Part shown: in pieces, positions 55,785 through 64,000 of the stretch
Layout: every line of letters begins with the position of its first letter
How positions within the stretch are numbered: the stretch's first letter is position 1
Source of the DNA: Paraspadella gotoi
Lineage: Eukaryota > Animalia > Chaetognatha
Assembly: GCA_051294375.1 (NCBI GenBank)
Contig: CM119267.1
Span: forward strand, 2,098,793 to 2,162,792
Direction of reading: 5' to 3'
Length of the DNA: 64,000 nt
Program-made: the position numbers and the translations under genes
Notes under the pieces: model-generated
What the model was told of the DNA's origin: nothing
Seen by the model: the letters and a program-made list of their open reading frames with translations, nothing else
Database searches by the model: none

Positions 55785-58385
55785 ATCTCTCTCTCTGACC
55801 TTAATCATCTTCCCGACGACATCCGCGGGTTGTGATTTAATCGTGAAGTGATACAAGAAATACGCAAGTCCCGACGCTAAATGCGAAAGACGCGAAAAAA
55901 AAGGTTTCACTCAAAAAATATAAAATAATTATTCGGTTCCATTTGTTTATGAAGATATTTTTTTTCACATTTCAGACTTTGTTCGATTGATTATCTCACC
56001 GTTCGTCACTATGAGCAAGAAAAGAAGGAAATCGTAGACGGAAAGGAGGCATCGATTTTCCCTCAACGCGCCGAGGAATCCGAAAAACGTCACTACGACG
56101 AGTACGATGCCGACGCAGAGAAAACCCACGCTTTGATAAAAATGGATTGGTTGATTGGTTTATTGATTGAATAGTCAAATTGTCTGATTGATTGATTGAT
56201 TGGTCAATTGACGGCTAGTTTGATTGATTGGCCATTAAGGCGTAGTGAAAGTTACATACGAAAATTCTAAAAGTCATTTGAAAACACATACTTCAGTGAA
56301 CATTAAATTGTTTTAATTTTCGCAGTAGGCTATATTTATATATAGTATTATTCTTATAAAATCGAAAAATTTCAAAATAGGCTTTTCTTAATTTTAATTG
56401 CAGATTTAAATTCCTCGTCAAAAGTTGATAAAAGAAATATAAAATCATTTTTAAAAATTCTTTCATTAGTAGTTAAAATTAAAAAAAAACTATATTTACA
56501 TATATATAAAAGTTAATTTTCAGGCTTAAGTATAGCTTTTTCTAATTTTTGACCACTTAATGAAGGAATTTTTCAAAAGAATTATATTTCTTTATATCAA
56601 CTTTTTATGACGAATCCAAATCTGCAAACAATCTTAAGAAAAAACTGTTTTGAAATTATTAACAATTTATTGGTTAAGTACTAGTATAAATATGGCCTAC
56701 TGCGGTAAATTGTAAAATTTATTATAAATTTTTTTTATTTACATAAATGTTCTTAATATAATGTTGTCGTTCCTCACTTTAGGATTTTAAATAAAGTTAA
56801 ATTTAGAAATTTTACTACGCCTTATTGGCCATTCATCCTACCTCACGTCGCCCAAAAAGACGAATACGTTGGCCAAAGTCGCTTCTTGTGAATTCGAGCC
56901 GAAACGATCTACTTTGTCCTCAAGAAAGACAAATAGATTCAACGAGACAAAGACTCGAAAGAAAAGAGGGTCACAGAGACAAAGTGTCAAGGCTACACAT
57001 GACATCTGAAACCGTAAAAGTCAATTTCACTCTGGTATAAGTGATTAAATCGTAATACTAACTTTAAGCGTCTTTGACGTTGAAAGAAAGAAACCCGCTG
57101 ATTCTCGGACGGAAAACTAAACAAATACAATTGAAACATTCTTTGAAATATTTTTCACTTTATTGATAGGGAAGCCAGGTACTCTGGGAGTGAATAAACG
57201 AGACTGTGAGAGAGTCTTGAATGAAAGCTTGCAGGGATCTGCTATGTCATTATCTTGTAAGAGTGATGGAGGCCTTAAACCACCAAAGCCTGTCCAAAGT
57301 CAGGGGCAAGATAGCTTATTTATTAAATGAATGGATAATTTTTATATTGGTTGTACCAATTTCATTTAAGTGTAAAACCAAATAATTTTCCTGAGCATCG
57401 CATCGCAGATGGAATCAAAACCAAAAGATGAAATCGGATCGGCGACTCGGATAACATTTATTAAGGACTCTGTGATTGGATGAATCATCATCGAAACGGA
57501 CCTAAGAGAAGAGAGGCTTCATGCCATCTGGAAACTCGCCCGTGTCGATGAACTGATTTTATTGTATAAATTACAGATCATTTTGTATTGAATCCATTCT
57601 GTCTCAAATTCTGACACTGTCTTTGCTTAGCGGACTAAACCACATTCTCTCAATTGTGAGGCGGGACCGTGACGAGTGACGAGTGACGAGGCAGTGACAG
57701 TTGGTAGTCGCTAAGGGTCCGCAACTCATTGACAGGCAGATACCTCGCCACTCGGATATCAGAGTCAATCTCACAATAACGGTTATTGTAATCATTGTTA
57801 TTATAACCATATGAAGAGACAGTAATTATTGTTATGTGTTAGTGACAGAACCGTTCAATATAAGCAGTCCCTGAGCTTCGGATCAGGCTGTAACACCGAG
57901 TTACAGGCGGGTTAAGCGCCCCGTCCCTCTTAACTGTTAGGCGACCACCGGGCTAGAACACCGGATCTTTTGGTTGGGAGGCGAATGACTTGCCTCCGGC
58001 ACCAATGGCCGCTGATGAACTGTTGGTGGATTTTAGTCCACCATACATAAATATTTTTCTTGCTCGATGCAAAGAAATGGTTGTGACCATACACCCTTAA
58101 ACTTCAAGTCCCTCGTCTACAAAGTTTCCTTATCACCTGATACATGGAGTTCAGAATCAACAATAGGCCGATGACCCAGAACAGAAAGTTGGTTCCGAAC
58201 AAACACCATTTGAGTCGAGAGGAAACCTGTCATGTTTAATCGTGAGATCTATGAAGTAAGTTGGGTATTAAACTTTGAAGAAACAGTTAAAACAGTTGAA
58301 GAAACAGTTAAAACAGTTGAACAAACAGTTAATGAAGCAGTTTAACCTGAATGTTGCCCCTCCGATCTCGCGTCATCCAACACAT
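53770..58385 (-). CDS. Tetraspanin, multi-exon (3' end uncertain)
   Basis: TM1 CLFGTNFLFWVIG (58137-58225), FFGFLGALRENRCLL (55997-56120), EC2 VQSFFQCCG and VPSSCC, and IYEDDC before TM4. Some apparent indels. Confidence 0.8.
54479..54704 (-). mobile_element. Short TGTGGC...GCCATA element in reverse orientation
   Basis: Reverse complement aligns with 2210-2341 (ATAAACA.GCCAGTGACA...CCGTTGCCATA). Confidence 0.55.
54960..55170 (-). mobile_element. Second tRNA-derived SINE-like element
   Basis: Minus strand reads GGTGGGTCATTCGGTAAAG...GAGTTCAATCCCAACCCGG, a tRNA-like head with A and B boxes. Only one copy in the window. Confidence 0.45.
57812..58045 (-). mobile_element. tRNA-derived SINE-like element
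   Basis: Near-identical to 48793-49026. Confidence 0.7.
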
Positions 58386-59051
58386 GATTCGCTGCGAATT
58401 CGATAAACGGAGTAAATTAGATAAATCGTAAAAGTTAACGCGAATCGTAATAAGCCAAAAAAATCGAGTCACTGTCACGAGGCTTGTCTACTGTCTCGTC
58501 TCTAGCTTTTTACGGAGATGTAATTTTTCTCTAATATTGTTTGTTAACTCGTTTTCTCATGTCTACTTTTAGTACCCGGAGTTTTGTTTAATCGACAAAT
58601 TCATTATTAGCATTTCAACTGATGTTTTAAGTCCCGCATTAACTAGTAATACACAAACATAAATACATAAACATACATTGATCCTAAACATTGTATTTAC
58701 ATACAATTAATTAAACAATATAAAACTGTTTACAAAAATAACAAAAAAATAAAAATCCCATAACTATGAAAGGTAAAAAGTTGATTTTGAAAGTGCACTT
58801 AGTGAATTTATTAACAACCACTTTGAAATAAGAAATAAAAAACATAGAAAAGTTTTAAATATTCGAAACCAAGAAAAATGTTTTTATTTTACTACGTGGC
58901 TGTCGAATCTGGCGATAATAATTATCTTACAACTAATGTCATGCATTTTACTTTAGAAAGCGGTTTTCTATTTCAGTCAATTCAGTATTCTGCTTAAGTA
59001 ATCCTGTTTCGAATTTTGATTTGAATTTCATCTTCTCATCTTCTCATCTAA

Positions 59052-62000
59052 TCAACTCGGCATTCCCGCCAACATTTCTTTCTCATCCCCAATAACATTT
59101 CCCATCGCCACATCATTTTTTCCCGCCACAAATTCATCCCCGATCGTTCCCCCATTCCATCCCATAGTCGGGCAACACTGTTGACGTTTGGTCACCAAAG
59201 AGAAGATCAATTGACCAATCAGCGACACGAAGCAGACGACGACGATGAAGATCGTTAAGCCAATCACGTAGTAGGCGGTACCGCCATCTTTGTTGACGTC
59301 GTAAATAACGTAGATTCTCCACAGGTTGTCCAGTTGAACCAAAAACAGGAGCTGGAATACGAAAGCCATGACGAAGGCGAAGACGACCAGCCCGAGAACG
59401 AACTTTCTCCTGATCCCTGCGAAGGCGGCGCCGCCTTGCGACGCCGCGAAAGACGCCAGGTCGGCGCCACGGGCGTTGACGACGCGAGAGACGGAGACGG
59501 CGACGACGGAAGTAATGACGACGACGAGAAAAGCGACGGCGAAATTATCCAGCAACATTTCCATCGGTGAAAGGACGTACATAAAGCGAGACTGACCGAA
59601 ATGAATCATGACCAGATCGAGGAGGAATCCCACAAAACCGACTCCAACGGGAACCACGAGCGAGTTGGGGAAGGTCGTCCTGGAACCGAGACGCGGGAAG
59701 ACCTCGTGAAGGGTCGTGGCCAGAGTTTCGAGGCTCAAAGAAAGAGCCGGGACAAAGAGAAAGATGTGATGGACAAAGTGAAGAAAAAGCCAGAATCTCG
59801 GAGCTGGGACAGATGCAAGAGAGACAGGGACAAGTGAAAAGGCCATATGACTATCGTGAACTTGTTCGATGGCTTTGTCTTGACTTTGGGCAAAGTATCC
59901 GATCAAAGCGCCTGCCTTGACGCAGTTGATCACGTTGACGGCGATGGTGAAGGCGACGGCGATAATTACTTCGGCGACGACGAATCGAGAAGACGAAGTT
60001 CTCTTGCCGATGATATAGAGACACCCGAAGCTTCCCCCGAACCACCATAGAATAGGATTTAAGTAGAACACTGGATCAGCGAAGACACGCCCTTTCCAAT
60101 CGGGAAAGAATTCGTACCGAAGCCCCTCAAAGGCGCCAGGGAGTGACACGGCACGGAACAGGACGAGCAGTTCCGTCCCGAGGATGATGGGAACCACGAC
60201 GAAGAGAGAGAAGAGAAAAGATCGAGGACCCAAGACGAGTGGCGCAGTGACGAAAATCCACGCCAATACGATGGCGCTAACGTCACCCACGTTGAGTCCA
60301 TAAGAAAAGTCGTAAACGATCTGGTAGAACTCGTGGGCTGGGTGAATGCGATTCACGTAGTCTTCGTAAGATGGCGTCGTGGTGGGCGTGGCGTTGGCGG
60401 AATCGGAGTTGGCGTCGAAGCAAGACGCGGAATTCCACTCATTGGCGCAATGCATCCAGGGATAATCAGTAAGGCCTGTGATTGGATTTGTGTCGTGGGA
60501 TGCGAATACCTTAGGAAGGAAAAAAGGATTTCAATTTTTGTTTATTTAATCATTTAAAGAGTTGTGGTGGTTTATATTCATACATTAGTCAGTTCATTCT
60601 AATAGTTAAACACAATCACAGTGTTATTGCGTCGTTAACAGACGGCGCCTTCTAGTCCAAAGCCTCTAACACTAACAGGTGAGATTCTCTAACCAGCCTG
60701 GGAAAGAAGGAAGTCGGCTGTTTTCATAAGTGGTTAGCTTTTCTCTTGGAAACGAAACCCCAGCGCGGCAAGCGCATCTATGCCGCTGCCCACTAGACAA
60801 TCGGCTGTTACCACCGAGCAATAAGTAGTTTTAATAATGAGAGCATAACTATATATAATTATCAATACTTACGTAGAACAAGTATACGAAAGGCCGGCTA
60901 AAAAACATGGTGTACTGAGAGAAACAAATGAAAACCAAAAGGAATAAAACGATTCCCATACATCGGCCGGCGGGGAAAAGCTTTCTCATATTCCGTATGG
61001 GCCAGAAGCGGGTGAAACCTGGCCTATCAAATCTATGTGGGGGTAAGAGGGAGGGGGGGGGAGAGGGAAGATGGGGAGGGAAGAGTAGGAAAAGAGGGAG
61101 GGGAAGAGTTTGGACGAAGGGAGAGGAAGTTAGAGAGGGAAAGAGTTGGAGAAGAAGAAGAGAGTGGAATAAGAGAGAAAGAAAGGAAGAGAGGAAGGGG
61201 AATTCATAACGTGAAAGATTGATTTATAGTTGGCATCAAGTCAAAAGATTGCACGCGATAACTCCTATCCGTTTCTTCCTCTCTCTCTCTTCCTCTCTCT
61301 CTCTCTCTCTCTCTCTTCCTCTCTCATCTCTCATCTCTCTCTCCTCCTCTCTCTCATCTCTCTCTCCTCTTATTACCTTTTCAAACAGCTCGATTGAGCA
61401 GACGTCAGCATAAATCTCATTTAATTTTTTTCCCATTTTTTTGTTTCGATTTTCCGCTGTTAGGGAATTTACATTCAAAGTTGATAGTTCCTTTCCATTT
61501 AACGTAAATAAGGAATCATTATTTTATAATATTCAATGAATAGAAGATAGCGGCGACAACTATGACGACGACGACAACGACGACCGGGCTAAACCATTCC
61601 AACTTTGCGGAAATGAATCCGAATAATGTTTTTTTAGGACTCGAATTTCATTTTTGACTCGAATCGAAAACTTGAAGATAAAATCGTCGCTTATAAATTG
61701 AGTTCTTAAAATATTTTTTTTTGTGGTTTTTATTATTATATATAGTATACTTATAATACAAATTTTAAATGTAAGTTTAATGCCAGTTTAGAATTAATAT
61801 TAACAGAACTGTGGTGGTATAAGATTAACACATATAATACTTACAGCCAATCCCATTGGCTCAAGAGGGGAACACACCGGCAATCTCGAGTATGTTCCAT
61901 CTACAGTCTAACCCTTCCTCTGCGTTGGCAAAGCAGAGACCGACAGTCATTAGGTAACCGCGCCATCAGACCGGAAGGCCACACTGGAGGTCCGAAGCCC

Positions 62001-62470
62001 CCAAAGCCAACAGTGACATTCCGCACATCCCAATGGGATATCAACAGGCAACCCCGGCTGTTACATAAGACCTTAATATGGAATAATTATTTGTTCGTAA
62101 CAATCGAGGAAATTTAAGCCATAGAAATACATGAGTTATTACTTGAAACGGTAAAATATAAATCACAAGTTTTTAAATTAGTTTTTATGTTAATAATCAA
62201 TTAATATCAGTTAATATCAATCGCCCTCCATATTAATTACTCGTCACCTGTAAATATAATTGTTGGAATCATCCGAAAATAATTGACGGGATTAAAAGTA
62301 GATGAAGTAAGCCAGCCAACCCGTTTGCGTATGACGAGATAAGGAAACATGTTTCATTGACAAGAGTGAGAGCGAGACGAAGGACGAGAGTGAGCTGGAG
62401 TCGCCCACCCCAAAGTGAAGTCGACGTCTCCCCATGATTTCGGTTCAATGGTTTCGCCGAAGTTGTTTTG
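59052..62470 (-). CDS. Divergent SLC6 (sodium:neurotransmitter symporter)-like transporter; 5' end uncertain
   Basis: Large last exon with EL2-like CANEWNSASC, then TP..EY, RAVSLPGAFEGLRYEFFPDW, P.PRFW..L.F and many TM segments. Upstream exon fragments near 60873-61030, 61530-61620 and 62350-62460. Confidence 0.65.
61810..62067 (+). mobile_element. Short TGTGG...ACATA element related to 15366-15580
   Basis: Shared blocks CAGCCAAT.CCATTG.CTCA and AAAGCCAACAGTGA...CATCCCAATGGG...CCCGGCTGTT.CATA. Confidence 0.6.
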
Positions 62471-63342
62471 CTGTTTTTTTTTGTTTTTTATTTTAAATAT
62501 AAAATACACAATACAGTTAGTTAGTTGTGAAAAGTGAAAAGAGTGATTATAAATATAATGCAAATGGCTGAGCGAGCTAAATCATTATCGTCTTCAACCG
62601 AGCAAGAAAATGACTTCTTTTTTAAAGCTACAATAACTACAATAAATATTCGAATATTATGGAAAACTAAATTATAATTGAAAACTTTTAAAGTATTGCT
62701 GAAATCGTAAAAATATGACTATTATGAAAACGAATCAAAAGATATGAAAATTATCTAAACTGCCGCAATATGTAAATGAGATTTAAAGAACTCAATCTCA
62801 TTTGTAAATGAACCAGCAAATTATATCTCCTTCAGTCACAGTACCTGCATCCGACTAAAATGTGACGCCAGTCACTGATGGTCAGTAGCACCTTCCTATG
62901 TGAGGAAACACCGCGCCCTCGTATTATGCAGCGGTTCCTATATATAAAATATTATTTAATTATTTTATAACAACCAATGATTTAACGCTCGACGAGTAGC
63001 GCTCGCAAAATCAGCATTAAATTAAACATGTTTTATTTCTTTTGAGTCTCTCTCTATCACTGAATAGATGACTTAAAAAAATAAGGCGAAAAATAATTGC
63101 CAAACAAAAAGTGTTTTTTATTTTACTACGCAACTGCCAATTCCTCCCATTATGTAAAATTATATTTATCATTTAAAAACACATGGTTTTGGCAGAAGGC
63201 TCAGATTTTACTTTTAATTTTATTTTAATAAAATTTTTTTAATATTTTATAGCGTTTTGAATAAATTATTGTTAAGAGGAATCGACGGTAAAGTTTTTTG
63301 AAGGCAAAATGAGTAGAGAGAAGAGAGAGAAGAAGAGAGAAG

Positions 63343-63382
<40 letters not shown>

Positions 63383-63830
63383 TGAGTGAATTCGATGTTT
63401 CATTAACGAGCTGGGCGCAATACAAAACCCAGGGTGATAGAAGGTTTCAGTAGAGGTTCAAACCCGGTTGTGTTAGAGAAAGCGAATTGAATGAGAGAAA
63501 GAGAGAGAGAGAAGAGAGAGGAGAGATAGGGAGAGAGAGAGGGAGAGAGAGAGAGCGAGAAGATGCTAAGAAATTCTGTGCAAAAGGAGGGCTTGGTTCA
63601 AACTTTCGGATTTGTAATAGCCAGCTTAACAGAGATTTATAGTACCGCAAAACCCTTTGTCGATGATTGAATATTTTAAATGTGAGAAATTATTAGTATT
63701 TTTTAAAATTAGTCGGGAATTAAATAAAAGTTCATCATTTATCGCTGTATTTTAGCAATTTAAATTATAAATAAAGATTGATTACAAATTAATTTCCATA
63801 TCTACAGCTAAAAATGTTTAATGATTCTTT

Positions 63831-63855
63831 NNNNNNNNNNNNNNNNNNNNNNNNN
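63831..63855. other. Assembly gap (N run)
   Basis: 25 N bases. Confidence 0.99.
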
Positions 63856-63916
63856 ATAACGTGAAATGATTTATAGTTGGCATCAAGTCAAAGATTGCAC
63901 TGCGATAACTCCTTCC

Positions 63917-64000
<84 letters not shown>

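Noticed and set aside
63856-63920. Duplicate of 61206-61275 next to the N gap
   Set aside because: An indel-riddled copy beside a gap and a microsatellite; likely an assembly artefact.

Overview
Intron-rich animal genomic DNA with GC-rich exons, AT-rich introns and many (AG)n microsatellites. A protostome invertebrate is inferred from the miR-279-family hairpins. The centre of the window (13350-43858) holds ten consecutive minus-strand genes separated by only about 190-530 bp stop-to-start: cyclophilin, KNL1, dUTPase, HAUS3-like, Aurora kinase, importin-alpha, a CNBP-like zinc-knuckle protein, PCNA, CDK2 and Cdt1. Most act in S phase or mitosis and several are known binding partners, so this is a candidate cell-proliferation operon or functional gene cluster. 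An importin-alpha intron carries six sense-strand hairpins with the miR-279-family 5' end UGACUAGA. Flanking genes are an ABCC/MRP transporter, a disrupted Cys-rich secreted protein, an intronless alpha-1,3-fucosyltransferase, an acetyl-CoA hydrolase/CoA-transferase, a tetraspanin and a divergent SLC6-like transporter. Also present are several GC and one GG splice donors, Penelope-type minimal hammerhead motifs, short TGTG...CATA elements with 4-bp target-site duplications, tRNA-derived SINE-like repeats and Helentron-like repeats. Gene models were spliced by eye, and several 1-bp indels in homopolymers suggest assembly errors.
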